From an uncultured Acidobacteriota bacterium (GTDB lineage Bacteria; Acidobacteriota; Thermoanaerobaculia; Multivoradales; JAHEKO01): a stretch of DNA of 64,000 nt. This document shows, in pieces, positions 49,118 through 59,443 of the stretch; the first letter of the stretch is position 1, and each line of letters opens with the position of its first letter. The notes under the pieces were generated by a model that was not told the origin of the DNA, did no database searches, and saw only the letters and a list, made by a program, of their open reading frames with translations. Location: the NCBI GenBank assembly GCA_963713825.1, contig CAVQNG010000003.1, positions 1,568,001 to 1,632,000 of the forward strand. The letters are read 5' to 3'. A program made the translations under genes and the position numbers.

Positions 49118-51891
49118 GAGGCTTGCTCGGGTCGCGACTCGAGGCGGGGCAGCTCGACAATGAACCGACTTCCCTCACCTCTGTGGCTTACGACACGGAG
49201 CTCGCCGCCGTGGCGCCGGACGATGTTGTAGCTGATGGACAGACCTAGTCCGGTGCCACCTTCGGCCAGCTTTGTGGAGTAGAAGGGCTGGAAGATCTTG
49301 TCCAGTTCCTTCGTTCCAATTCCAGGACCGTTGTCATCCACGGAGACCACGATCCACTTGTCTCGGAGCTCGAGCTCCACTCGCAGCTTACCCTGCCTGC
49401 CAGTTTGAGCCATGGCATCGAGGGCATTGATGACGAGATTGGTGAAGACCTGCTGCAGCTCACCCTCGTGACCCAGAACGAGGCTTTCCTCTTCGGGCGC
49501 GTTCCATTCGAGCAGGGTGTCGCTCTCCAACAATCTTTCCTTGAGCAACTCCAGGCTCTCTCCGATCAGTGGTCGAAGTGAGACGGGAGCCTCGGCGTGC
49601 TGCCGGTCTCGCGCGAAATCCAGCAGGCTGTTGACGATGCGGGCTGCCCTGAACGTCTGCTTCTCTACCTTCTCCAGCAACTGCCGCCGTGGGTCACCCT
49701 CGGGCGTCTCGGACAAGAGCATCTGAGCGTAGCTGGAAATCCCGGTGATCGGAGTGTTGACCTCGTGCGCAACTCCGGCCGCCAGCATTCCAAGGGAAGC
49801 CAGACGCTCCTTTTCCTTCAGAGTGTTCTCCATGGCTACACGTTGACTGACATCCTGGACAATGAGAACCCGCTGATCATCGGGTCCCTCTTCCAATGGC
49901 GCCATGGAGATCTGTAGATAGCGCTCCTGGCCTTCTGGATCTTGAAATCGGACTTCCCGAATGCCGTCGCCAGGGTTGGGAAAAGACTCGAGCGGCAGAA
50001 GCTCTTGCAGACTCCGCCCCGCAACTTCCTCGATTCGCAGGCCCACGAGGGAGCCAAACGCCTGGTTGATGGAGTGCAGCTCACCGTTGCCATCGACCAC
50101 GGCGATGCCCGCCGGGGAGGATTCGATGATCTGACGGGTATAGCGCTGCAGTCGGTCGACCTCTTCCAGTTGTGTGCTGACCTGCTCGAGGAGCTGAGCA
50201 TTCTCGATCGCCAGTGCCGCCTGATTGAGTACCGATCGAATCAGCTCGAGATCGTCACTGCTCAGCGGCAGATCGCTCTGCTTGTAACCGGTCAGAAAGA
50301 TGCCGATGTAGTCGTCGCGCACGCGCAACGGGAACGCATAACGGTAACCGGAGGAGAAGAGTCGCTGTTTGGTCGTGAGCTCGTCGGTCGGGAACTCGAC
50401 CCCACTGAGCGCTTCCGATTCGATGGCCCAGAAATCGGCGTCGAAATCCTCGAAGCTCAGGGTTGGAGGTAAACCCCTCTGAGGGCGATAGGGCAGCAGT
50501 CGGTCGCCATTGGCCAGAAACAGGGTGGCGTGGTCGAGCTCCAGAGCGAGCTCGAGTTGGTCGAGCAAACTGGAGCAGAGTCGACCCAGCGACCGCTCTT
50601 CCAACATCTGCTGGCCAAAGCGGCCCAGCGCTCGGCGCTTACTCCAGGTTGTCCGGTGCTGGAACCGCTCGAGCGAGGAGCTCACGCCACGCCTGGTCGG
50701 CACGAGAAGGCCCGCAATGACCAGGCCCGACAAGAAAGAGGCCATCGTGCGAGCGATGTTGAGCTCGGTGGGAACCACCCGAGTTACCAGCATATTGGCT
50801 AGCGAGAAGCCCACGACGCCGACCAGGATCGTAACGCTCAGAGAGACCGTGTCACGGACGATGGCACCGATATCCCACAGCTTGTACCGCAGGATGGCAT
50901 AGGCGAACGTCAAGGGCACCAGGGCCAATGGCAGGACGGCGAGCGAGGTCACCGGGGTCGGCCACTGCGCTCCAAAGGTCAAAGGCAGGACATAGAGCCC
51001 GAGAAACGGCAGGTATCCGGCCGCCATTCCCACCGCGATCCAAGTGGCCTGACGGTGGGGTTCGGGTTGGCTGATGCTCCTGAGCCGCCAGACCAGAACC
51101 GTGACAGCCGCCAGTGCGAACAGCACCAGATGATAGAGCTCCAGTTGGTCGAGAATTCCGAGAGCCGCCTCGACCTGGCCACCCAGCAGCCAGCGACCGT
51201 TCGAGAAGATCAAGTCGGCTTGCAGCGCCAGGAGGAATGCACTGGGGAGGTAGAGGAAAGGAATCAGGCGAGATAGCTTTTCCTTGCGGACGAGGGGTCG
51301 GGGAAAGACCAGGAACAGATGAAGAGTCAGGGGTGCGAGGAGAATCCTGGCCACCTCGTCGAAAAGATAGATCGTCCTTCCAGCCAGATCGTAGGGCGGT
51401 GCCGGCGAAGCAATGTACAAGACTGCGGAAGCCAGGCACCAGAGGTAGAACAGGAACGATGGTCGGCGCTGGTCCCGAAGAAGGGTGTAGATGCCGATCA
51501 ACAGGTAGGCGATACCGATCAGCGCAAGAATCAGGTACGGAAGATCGACGGCCAGGGAGGGCAGCTCGTAGCTCACTCTCGCCATCTGCTCGCCGCGCAG
51601 GATCACCAGCTCGCTCGAAACCCTCTGTCTCAGGGCGCTGGTCGGATCGGCAAGTTGCCCGAATTCCTGGCCATTGATCAGGAGGATCTGATCTCCGATC
51701 AGGAGACCGCTGTCCTCATGGTCGATGGCGGTGACCTGCCAGTAGGCGCCCTTGTCGTCGGCGCTGAAACCAAGAGGTTGGAACGAAGAGGCTTTGCGGG
51801 AAAAACTCAGACCCGCAAAAGCAATGACCACGGCGGCCAGAATCAGGGCCGCGATCAGGGGTCTTGCACGAGTTGGCGTGGTTCTTGGCAT
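49114..51891 (-). CDS. Membrane sensor histidine kinase (PDZ-like, multi-TM, GAF, PAS, HisKA, HATPase)
   Basis: AHEVNTP H-box, NLVINA, DNGPG and GTGLGL motifs; ATGA-coupled to the regulator. Confidence 0.93.
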   Translation of the reverse strand: MPRTTPTRARPLIAALILAAVVIAFAGLSFSRKASSFQPLGFSADDKGAYWQVTAIDHEDSGLLIGDQILLINGQEFGQLADPTSALRQRVSSELVILRGEQMARVSYELPSLAVDLPYLILALIGIAYLLIGIYTLLRDQRRPSFLFYLWCLASAVLYIASPAPPYDLAGRTIYLFDEVARILLAPLTLHLFLVFPRPLVRKEKLSRLIPFLYLPSAFLLALQADLIFSNGRWLLGGQVEAALGILDQLELYHLVLFALAAVTVLVWRLRSISQPEPHRQATWIAVGMAAGYLPFLGLYVLPLTFGAQWPTPVTSLAVLPLALVPLTFAYAILRYKLWDIGAIVRDTVSLSVTILVGVVGFSLANMLVTRVVPTELNIARTMASFLSGLVIAGLLVPTRRGVSSSLERFQHRTTWSKRRALGRFGQQMLEERSLGRLCSSLLDQLELALELDHATLFLANGDRLLPYRPQRGLPPTLSFEDFDADFWAIESEALSGVEFPTDELTTKQRLFSSGYRYAFPLRVRDDYIGIFLTGYKQSDLPLSSDDLELIRSVLNQAALAIENAQLLEQVSTQLEEVDRLQRYTRQIIESSPAGIAVVDGNGELHSINQAFGSLVGLRIEEVAGRSLQELLPLESFPNPGDGIREVRFQDPEGQERYLQISMAPLEEGPDDQRVLIVQDVSQRVAMENTLKEKERLASLGMLAAGVAHEVNTPITGISSYAQMLLSETPEGDPRRQLLEKVEKQTFRAARIVNSLLDFARDRQHAEAPVSLRPLIGESLELLKERLLESDTLLEWNAPEEESLVLGHEGELQQVFTNLVINALDAMAQTGRQGKLRVELELRDKWIVVSVDDNGPGIGTKELDKIFQPFYSTKLAEGGTGLGLSISYNIVRRHGGELRVVSHRGEGSRFIVELPRLESRPEQAS

Positions 51892-51923
51892 CCGAGTGCC
51901 TGCGCTAATCCGAAGGCATTAGT

Positions 51924-51939
51924 AGCAGGAATCGTGCCA
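51924..51939 (-). promoter_or_regulatory. Sigma54 -24/-12 promoter TGGCACGATTCCTGCT
   Basis: GG-N10-GC with TGGCACG consensus, 33 nt upstream of the kinase ATG; AT-rich tract further upstream. Confidence 0.75.
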
Positions 51940-52156
51940 CAAAAACAGATCTTTGAACCAGTGATGAGGCTATGTTTTCAGTGGTTTGCGTGTTTTGGTC
52001 CAAGATTTTGGCGGAACTCAACAATTTGGATTCAACAAATTGACGCCGGGCTCGGGGGCGTCGGGCCATCGACCCATCGATAGTCGTGGCTCCATCCGGG
52101 CTTGCTGCCCTCGAATCGAGCAGAGTCGCTTGAAATGGGAGAGGGGGGGGCGAGGC

Positions 52157-54124
52157 TCAGAACTTGACTGCCACGCCGCCGGTGATCCGTTTGCGGAGCT
52201 CGTCGTCGTTCTCAGCGATCGTCGGTACCGCTTCGGGCATGCCGCGGCTGACTTCCATGCTGAGCTGCACGGCCCAGTCGGAAATGGCGTCGCCGAAGAT
52301 CACCAAATCCTGGCTCAGAAGGAGCTGCAGGCGCTCGAGCTCGACGAGGGTAGGCTGAGCCGCTCGGCGGCGCCATCGGCCCTGAGCCTGCTGTACCGGT
52401 GTCAACTCCTGTGCCATGTGATGGAAGGCCAGCAATACACCCGTAGAGGTCTGCCGGAACTGGGTATCGAGGGAGGTAACGAGATACCGCACTTCGTTCT
52501 CGTATCGAGAGCGGTCCGCGGCGAGCAGAATACCCCCTCCACCGACTGCAACACTGGATCTCAAGGTTGCCAAGATCATCGGAGTGAACTGATGACTGGC
52601 GGAGAACTGCATCTCAGGAATCTCGTCGCCACTGACCAGGTAGAGACTCTCGAGACGGTTGAAGAAATCCTCATTGAAGTAGAGGTGGAGCGTCTCGTCG
52701 AAGCGCCTGTGGGTAAAGCCCAGGCTCATCTGGTCGAAGTTCTCGCCCTTGCGCGCCACCAGCAGTTGATAGCAGTACTCTTCCGAGTAGCCGCACGCGC
52801 TGCTGTGCTCTTCAAACAGAACCGGGGTGAATCCCTGGTGGATCGTGTCCAATTGCAGGTTGTGAACCTGGTAGCTACCGGAGGCGTGAGCCCGCCAGTT
52901 CTGTCCAAGGCTGACAACCATTCCGCCGGTTGGAGAGACTGCCGACAGGTTGCCGTCCCGCATTGAGGAGAGGAATCCGGCCTCGACAATGATTGCCGGA
53001 CTGACCTGCACCCCAGCCTTGCCGAAGACATCCACTCTCTCGGTGGGCAGCGGCGCGACGAGTCCTCCGACGGTCGGTCTGGCCCCGAAGAACTCTGTCT
53101 GGCGGTCCAGGTAGCGGACACCTGTCTCGAAATTCGTGCGCGACGTCAGCGCTGTACTGTAGTTGCCTTCGATCCGCCATGAACGCGAGGCGTCCGGTAT
53201 GCCGATCGGCTCGATGGGAGCCTGGCGGTAGAAGTTGTTCTCTTCGGTGTAGTGCACCGCGAAATCGGACTGTCCGGTCTCGCCGACGCTTTGAGTCCAG
53301 CTGACACTGTGAGACTCCAGCCCGATATTGGAGAGGCCGGAGCTCTTCGTGCCAGGGGACACCATCCGGTTGCTCAGGGATGTCACCCGTACGGCAGATT
53401 GGTCGGAGTTCTCGACCTGGACCGAGACCAGCTGCGTTCTTCCATTCGAGGCGGATGCCGCGGACTGGGAGCTCGCTGTTGGCTGCAGCTCGACAAAGTT
53501 GCCAGTCAGGCCAATGTAGAGGTCGTTCACCTCTCCCTGAATCCCGACGCTGCCTCCAGCCATCTGGGCGTTGCCGACCTCGAGGCCTTCCTGCATGCCT
53601 GCGAGCGCGTGCATCTCGGTCTCGACATTTCGCGGCGCGAGGCGATGATCGAGAATTGCGTTGTTGACGTCGGCTTGGGATTCAGCTGCGGCAGTCTCGA
53701 TATCTCTCAGAACGTCGGACGGAATGCGGTCTCGAACGGTCCAGAAGTTGTTCTCGTCGGAGGGCTCTGTGGCCGAGTCCTCTTGCAGCTCCATGTCCAG
53801 AAACTGCTGCGCTTGGGCGCTGGCTCGTGTCAGCAGGGCAATACTGGGGACAAAGCCGTCCCGAAAAGCGATGACCTTGTACAAGCCAGCGGGGAGGCTG
53901 TTGAAACGGAAGTTGCCCTCGAGGTCACTGACGACTTTGCGCAAGCTGGTATCACCAAGGTGATACGCGTAGACCATGGATTGCGGCAGGGGAGAGGTCA
54001 GGCTTTGTACATGCCCGCTGAGTGCACCGCTTGCGGGACCGATGCCCTCATCGGCAGACACCACCCCGCCACCCAGAATGGACAGGGTCAGAACGGCAAG
54101 TAAGGTCTTCTTGGAATAGAGCAT
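52157..54124 (-). CDS. Outer membrane protein with a carboxypeptidase-regulatory-like N-terminal domain
   Basis: Signal peptide (KKTLLAVLTL), G.F.F..LPAGLYKV motif, beta-rich, ends GVAVKF; start estimated. Confidence 0.7.
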   Translation of the reverse strand: MLYSKKTLLAVLTLSILGGGVVSADEGIGPASGALSGHVQSLTSPLPQSMVYAYHLGDTSLRKVVSDLEGNFRFNSLPAGLYKVIAFRDGFVPSIALLTRASAQAQQFLDMELQEDSATEPSDENNFWTVRDRIPSDVLRDIETAAAESQADVNNAILDHRLAPRNVETEMHALAGMQEGLEVGNAQMAGGSVGIQGEVNDLYIGLTGNFVELQPTASSQSAASASNGRTQLVSVQVENSDQSAVRVTSLSNRMVSPGTKSSGLSNIGLESHSVSWTQSVGETGQSDFAVHYTEENNFYRQAPIEPIGIPDASRSWRIEGNYSTALTSRTNFETGVRYLDRQTEFFGARPTVGGLVAPLPTERVDVFGKAGVQVSPAIIVEAGFLSSMRDGNLSAVSPTGGMVVSLGQNWRAHASGSYQVHNLQLDTIHQGFTPVLFEEHSSACGYSEEYCYQLLVARKGENFDQMSLGFTHRRFDETLHLYFNEDFFNRLESLYLVSGDEIPEMQFSASHQFTPMILATLRSSVAVGGGGILLAADRSRYENEVRYLVTSLDTQFRQTSTGVLLAFHHMAQELTPVQQAQGRWRRRAAQPTLVELERLQLLLSQDLVIFGDAISDWAVQLSMEVSRGMPEAVPTIAENDDELRKRITGGVAVKF

Positions 54125-54239
54125 CCGCTGCATGTAGCTATACAACCGTGCATTATATTTGGATGTGGAGTCGGGTGTCAAAGTCTCCTTTCCGTTGTTC
54201 AAGCCACTAGGCGCAATGACTTGCAAGACCTGCGCCATC

Positions 54240-54959
54240 TCAGATCGGCTCGGGCGTCCTTCCTCCGGTGAGGCAGATAACCGAGTTGGCGCCCGATTTC
54301 AGGAGGCATTGGGTTGCGGTGGCCAATGTGTTACGAGTTGTAACAACATCGTCGACAAGTAACACTCGGCTTGCCTTTACCCGCTGCAGGCCCGCGCGGG
54401 TTGTGATGAAGGCCCGGCGGAGGTTTCTTTCCCGCGAAGGTCGATTCAGAGCGGCCTGGGGCCGAGTCGCAGACCTGCGGCGCAGGGCTCGAACCAGGGG
54501 AAGTTCGAGGCCGTTGGCTACCGGCCGAGCGATCTCTTCCGCCTGATTGAAGCCGCGGCTCACTTGCCGGCGCCAATGCAGAGGCACTGGAACGACCAGG
54601 TCGACGTCCTCGATCAGGCATCTGTATCGGTGGCTCAGAGCACGGCCGAGATCGGCGCCCAGAAACGAGAGGCGTTGGAACTTCAACGCATGAATCACCT
54701 CGACGAGGGGTGGCTCGTAGGCCCAGCCGGAGTAGAGACACTCGAACGGGGGTGGATCTCGTCGACAGGCACTGCAGTGATAGCCAGCGGGCAGCGGATC
54801 GACTGCCAGTGGCTTGCTACAGCCGGTGCACACCGTCCTGGGGGTTGGGCGGAGCCCTGACGTGCACTCGGAGCATAGGCCCAGATTCAGGGCGATGATG
54901 CCTTCGATTCGATGGCAGGCTACGCAGACGGGTGGCAGCACCAACGAAAGCAGCCGCAT
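54240..54959 (-). CDS. comF: ComF family protein (double zinc ribbon plus PRTase-like domain)
   Basis: Four CxxC pairs, VPVPLH..R..RGFNQA, LVDDVVTT; start estimated. Confidence 0.88.
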   Translation of the reverse strand: MRLLSLVLPPVCVACHRIEGIIALNLGLCSECTSGLRPTPRTVCTGCSKPLAVDPLPAGYHCSACRRDPPPFECLYSGWAYEPPLVEVIHALKFQRLSFLGADLGRALSHRYRCLIEDVDLVVPVPLHWRRQVSRGFNQAEEIARPVANGLELPLVRALRRRSATRPQAALNRPSRERNLRRAFITTRAGLQRVKASRVLLVDDVVTTRNTLATATQCLLKSGANSVICLTGGRTPEPI

Positions 54960-55184
54960 GCCGGTCTCTTCGAGCTCTTTCTTCCAGATCTGTGACAATC
55001 AGGGTACTCCAGCGTACGAAACAGGTGACAGTAGTCGATCTCTGATCCCGAGTGGCCTTTCAGTCCAGCCCTGCCGTCGGTATAGACGGGAAAAAGGTCG
55101 ATATACTTGCGATTCGAATTGGTCCCGGGAATCGGTCGCCCTCACGAACGAGTGAGGTGCAGCGGTCCAAGAGTGGGGGAAAAC

Positions 55185-55745
55185 GTGAGACGAAAGCAGA
55201 TTCTGGTCGTCCTTCTTCTGGCAGGCTTGCTATTGACTCCAGTGGCCACCAGGGCCCAGGAGCTCTACTCTTTTACCGGCAGTCTCATGCTCGGATTGGG
55301 CGGATCTTTTGACGAAAGCGAGGCAGGCTTCGGAAACCCCTCGTTCCAACTGGGCTTCTCCCATGTTCTCGAGAACAGGACTCATGTGGGTTTTCGACTC
55401 GGTTACCTTGGCTTCGGTTCGAACGATTACGTGGGTGAGCTCAAAGGAGCCGATCTGACCTACCTCAACGTCAGTGGCGAGTACCGGGCGGCGAAAGGCT
55501 CCTTCTCCGGCAGTCTCATGGAATCCGGTGTCTACATCGGCCTCGGTGGCTACCAATTGAGCGGCGATACCGACGATGGCCGGAGTGAGAACGGCACCTC
55601 CATCGGTTTGGTTCTGGGACTCACGGGTGACATCGAGATTTCCCCCAGCTTCGCCGTCAGGATCGAGCTCAGCGGCCACATCCTGAGCTCCGATGTGGCC
55701 CGTTACTTTGGCCTCGCACAGGTCGGCGTGACCTATCGCTTCTAG
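55185..55745 (+). CDS. Small outer membrane beta-barrel protein
   Basis: Signal peptide, Gly/aromatic strands, ends GVTYRF. Confidence 0.78.
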   Translation: MRRKQILVVLLLAGLLLTPVATRAQELYSFTGSLMLGLGGSFDESEAGFGNPSFQLGFSHVLENRTHVGFRLGYLGFGSNDYVGELKGADLTYLNVSGEYRAAKGSFSGSLMESGVYIGLGGYQLSGDTDDGRSENGTSIGLVLGLTGDIEISPSFAVRIELSGHILSSDVARYFGLAQVGVTYRF

Positions 55746-55768
55746 CAAGCAGCTCTCGGCAGTCGATC

Positions 55769-56899
55769 TTGTTCTCCGAAAACCAGTCTCCATCGTCGGA
55801 CCAACGCAGCGCAGTTCTGGTGGGCTTGAGCCTGCCAGGTCAACCCGGCTGGTTGGTCGAAGAGCACCTGGACGAGTTGGCCGAGCTCACCCGTAGCGCT
55901 GGGGTCGAGGTGGCAGCTCGGGCCATGCAGCAGCGCAAGACGCCTCACGCTGGCACCTTCATCGGCCGGGGCAAGGCGGAGGAGGTCGGCGCAGCTGCTC
56001 GGGAGCTGGGCGCCGATCTGGCGATCTTCGATGACGACCTGTCGGCCAGCCAGGTCAAGAACCTAGAGGAGATTCTCGACCTGCAGGTCATCGACCGGAG
56101 CGGGTTGATTCTCGAGATCTTCGTGCAGAGAGCCCGTACCGGGGAGGCCCGGACCCAGGTCGAGCTGGCGCGCCTCGAGTACCTCCTACCACGCCTGACG
56201 CGTCGTTGGACTCACCTCTCTCGACAGGTGGGTGGTATCGGTGTGCGGGGAGGCGAGGGAGAAACGCAGCTGGAAGCCGATCGGCGGATGTTGCGCCAGC
56301 GGATCCGTCAGCTGAAACGGGATTTGGAGAAGATCGAACGGACACGTCAGGTCCAGAGGCGAGGGCGCCGCGATGCTCTGCAGATTGCACTGGCTGGTTA
56401 CACCAACGCGGGTAAGTCAACGCTCTTCAATCAGCTCACCAAAGCAGGCGCCCGAGTCGAAGACCGGCTCTTTGCGACGTTGGACTCGAAGCTGCGCCGG
56501 GGGGCTTTGAGTCCGGACACAGTGGCGGTCTTCGCCGACACGGTTGGGTTCATTCGCAAGCTCCCGCATCATCTGGTCGCCTCGTTCAAGAGCACGCTGG
56601 AAGAGATCACATACGCCGACCTGGTGCTCCACGTCGTCGATCGCAGTCATCCCCAGTGGCAGGATCAACTCGAAGTAGGCGAGGCCGTCCTCCAGGACCT
56701 GGGAGTCGATGGCGACCGCGTCGTGACGCTGTTCAACAAGTCCGACCTCGCTGGCGACCCGGCACGTTCCACCGAGGGTGCTCTGTGGATCTCTGCGCGG
56801 ACGGGCTCGGGACTGGAAGGTATGAAGAAGGCCATCCTCGAGCGCTTGGTGCCAGCCAAGGCCGATTCCGACTCCACCGAGCTCACCGCCGATTCCTGA
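55769..56899 (+). CDS. hflX: Ribosome rescue GTPase HflX
   Basis: GETQLE.DRR, GYTNAGKST, LFATLD, DTVGFI and NKSD motifs. Confidence 0.96.
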   Translation: MFSENQSPSSDQRSAVLVGLSLPGQPGWLVEEHLDELAELTRSAGVEVAARAMQQRKTPHAGTFIGRGKAEEVGAAARELGADLAIFDDDLSASQVKNLEEILDLQVIDRSGLILEIFVQRARTGEARTQVELARLEYLLPRLTRRWTHLSRQVGGIGVRGGEGETQLEADRRMLRQRIRQLKRDLEKIERTRQVQRRGRRDALQIALAGYTNAGKSTLFNQLTKAGARVEDRLFATLDSKLRRGALSPDTVAVFADTVGFIRKLPHHLVASFKSTLEEITYADLVLHVVDRSHPQWQDQLEVGEAVLQDLGVDGDRVVTLFNKSDLAGDPARSTEGALWISARTGSGLEGMKKAILERLVPAKADSDSTELTADS

Positions 56900-56998
56900 T
56901 CGCCGCACTCCAGGTCGCTCCCGGCTGGGCCTCGCACCAAGCCATCGTTAGCTAGTTCATACCCAGTGCGCTCGTGCTCTGCCTAGACTTTGTTTGTC

Positions 56999-59443
56999 GT
57001 GAGAGATCCAGTGCATCTGTTGTCTCTGCTGGCGTTCCTGGTGACCGGCTTCCATCTGGCGCTTGGCGTCTACCTCTTGAAGTCCAACCCACGGGCAGCG
57101 CTGAACCGGATCTTCTTTCTGATCTGCGTCAGCTTGGCTTTCTGGTCGTTCGGATTCTCCTTTCTCCAGGGCGCTCCGACCAAGGAGGAGGCCTGGTTCT
57201 GGTTCAAGGTGTCGTCACCGGGATGGACGCTGACACCGTCGCTTCTCCTGCACTTTCTGATTCTTCTGGTGCGGAAGGAGAAGCTCCTCGATCGGCGGGG
57301 CGCCTACGTGGCGCTCTACGCACCGGCTTTCTACTTCTTCGGGCGGGCACTGTTCGGAGAAATGGGGGTCGTCGATTTCGTGGAGACCCCATTCGGCTGG
57401 TCGGACGTCTACGGTCCACTCTCGGTCGGCTACGCGATCTACCTGGTCTACTTCTCGAGCTACATCCTTTATGGGCTGTGGCTGGTCTGGCAGTTTGGAC
57501 GCCAGAGCGAGGTGATTGCCGAGCGGCGGCAGGCGGCTGTGCTCGTCTATTCGGGGGCCCCTGTCCTGGCAGCGGTCGCCATTTCAGGGATCTTCCTGCC
57601 CTGGGCCGGGATTCGCAATCCTCCGGAAGTGGCGCACCTGATCGCCCTGCTCTGGGTCCTGGTGATCTGGAATGCGGTGTCGAAATACAAGCTGATGTTG
57701 ATGACCCCTGCGGCGGTCGCACCGAACATCCTGCGGACCATGGTAGACGCCGTGATCCTTCTGGGACGCGACAGGACGATCGTGACGTCCAACAAGGCTG
57801 CTCGTAGACTTTTCGCAGCTTCGGGCCGGAAGCTCGAGGGTCTCAGCCTGGGGCAGGTCTTCGGCGGCCCCGATTCGGAGACGGCACTCGAAACGGAGCG
57901 CTTCCTTCTCGACGGCGGGGAGAACCTCGAGGTCTCCTTTCGGCCTGAGGATGGCGATGAGGTAGTGCTCAGGGTCTCGACCTCCGAAGTTCTCGACTAC
58001 TTCGAGCAGCCCATGGGCGAGGTACTGGTGTTTCGGGACGTGACTGCCGAGAAGAGGGCCGAAGCCGATCTACGCTACCTGGCAACGCACGATTCGCTGA
58101 CGGATTTGCCGAACCGGTCGCTCCTACAAGATCGACTCGACAGAGCGGTGAGCCGATCGCAACGAGAGAGCGTCGGTTTCGCGGTCATCATGTTCGATCT
58201 CGACGATTTCAAGCGGGTCAACGACGACATCGACCATGTGGTTGGCGATGCGGTTCTGAAAACGACCGCCAGGCGCCTGGCACACTGCGTTCGTGGTCTC
58301 GACACGGTCTGTCGATTGGGCGGTGACGAATTCCTGCTCGTGGTCGAAGACCTGGTCGAGGTTGATGAGGCAGACATCATCGCCCGGCGAATCATGCGGT
58401 CGTTTGAAGAACCCATGAACGCCCTGGGTCACTCGATCACCGTGACGGGGAGCATCGGAATCAGCACCTATCCGGCCGACTCCGACGAGCCGACCACCCT
58501 GGTGAAGATGGCTGATCTGGCACTCAACACCGCGAAACAGGCGGGGCGGGGGCTGTATCGCTTCTTCTCACCGAATATGGAGGCTTCGAACCGTCAGCGG
58601 ATCCAGATCGAGAACGGGCTGCAGGACGCCATCGGGAAGGAAGAGCTCTACCTCGCATACCAACCCCTCTTCGACTTCGAGGCGGGTCATATCGCGGGTG
58701 TCGAGGCCCTGATTCGCTGGAACTCTCCTGAGCTGGGCCAACTCGCCCCGATGGAGTTCATTCCGGTGGCCGAGCGCTCGGGACTCATCGTCAAGGTAGG
58801 GGAGTGGGTGTTGCGCACAGCCTGTCAGCAGAACGTGGCCTGGCAGGAGGCTGGACTTCCCAAGGTACCGATCAGTGTCAACGTCTCGGCCCGGCAACTT
58901 CGCGAGGAAGACTTCGCCCAGAGGGTGGTCGAGATCATCGAAGAAACCGGACTCGATCCCAGGTTGCTCGAGATCGAGTTGACCGAGACCGCTGTCATGG
59001 AGAACCTCAGTCGGTCGCGAAAGATCCTGGATGCGCTGGCTGATGCAGGGGTCCGATTGGTCATCGATGACTTCGGTACGGGTTACTCCTCACTCGCCCG
59101 ACTGCGACAGTTACCCATCGAGGCCATCAAAGTGGACCGCTCGTTCATCGAGAACATCTGTGAAGACGAACGGGACCTGTCCCTGGTGATGGCCATCGTG
59201 GCCATGGCCAGGAACCTGGGTCTTCAGGTCGTCGCCGAAGGCGTCGAGACACTCGATCAGCTCAAGGCGCTCAATGGCCTGGAAGACATGCCTCTGCCCA
59301 GATTCCATTGTGACCGGGTACAGGGTTTCCTCTTTAGCAAACCGGTCGAGGGTGCCGAGCTGGCGCGTTTGTTCACCCGCAGCGAAAGCGAAGTCGAGCC
59401 CTTCCGCAGCATCCGACGCGTCCTGCACGAAACAGCAGCGTAG
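56999..59443 (+). CDS. 7TM-PAS-GGDEF-EAL c-di-GMP enzyme (start 56990 or 56999)
   Basis: N-terminal hydrophobic helices, HDSLTDLPNR, intact GGDEF, EAL, DDFGTGYSS, KVDRSF and EGVE motifs. Confidence 0.93.
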   Translation: MRDPVHLLSLLAFLVTGFHLALGVYLLKSNPRAALNRIFFLICVSLAFWSFGFSFLQGAPTKEEAWFWFKVSSPGWTLTPSLLLHFLILLVRKEKLLDRRGAYVALYAPAFYFFGRALFGEMGVVDFVETPFGWSDVYGPLSVGYAIYLVYFSSYILYGLWLVWQFGRQSEVIAERRQAAVLVYSGAPVLAAVAISGIFLPWAGIRNPPEVAHLIALLWVLVIWNAVSKYKLMLMTPAAVAPNILRTMVDAVILLGRDRTIVTSNKAARRLFAASGRKLEGLSLGQVFGGPDSETALETERFLLDGGENLEVSFRPEDGDEVVLRVSTSEVLDYFEQPMGEVLVFRDVTAEKRAEADLRYLATHDSLTDLPNRSLLQDRLDRAVSRSQRESVGFAVIMFDLDDFKRVNDDIDHVVGDAVLKTTARRLAHCVRGLDTVCRLGGDEFLLVVEDLVEVDEADIIARRIMRSFEEPMNALGHSITVTGSIGISTYPADSDEPTTLVKMADLALNTAKQAGRGLYRFFSPNMEASNRQRIQIENGLQDAIGKEELYLAYQPLFDFEAGHIAGVEALIRWNSPELGQLAPMEFIPVAERSGLIVKVGEWVLRTACQQNVAWQEAGLPKVPISVNVSARQLREEDFAQRVVEIIEETGLDPRLLEIELTETAVMENLSRSRKILDALADAGVRLVIDDFGTGYSSLARLRQLPIEAIKVDRSFIENICEDERDLSLVMAIVAMARNLGLQVVAEGVETLDQLKALNGLEDMPLPRFHCDRVQGFLFSKPVEGAELARLFTRSESEVEPFRSIRRVLHETAA

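Noticed and set aside
51986-52966. 326-aa + strand ORF
   Set aside because: Antisense to the outer membrane protein gene; no recognisable motifs
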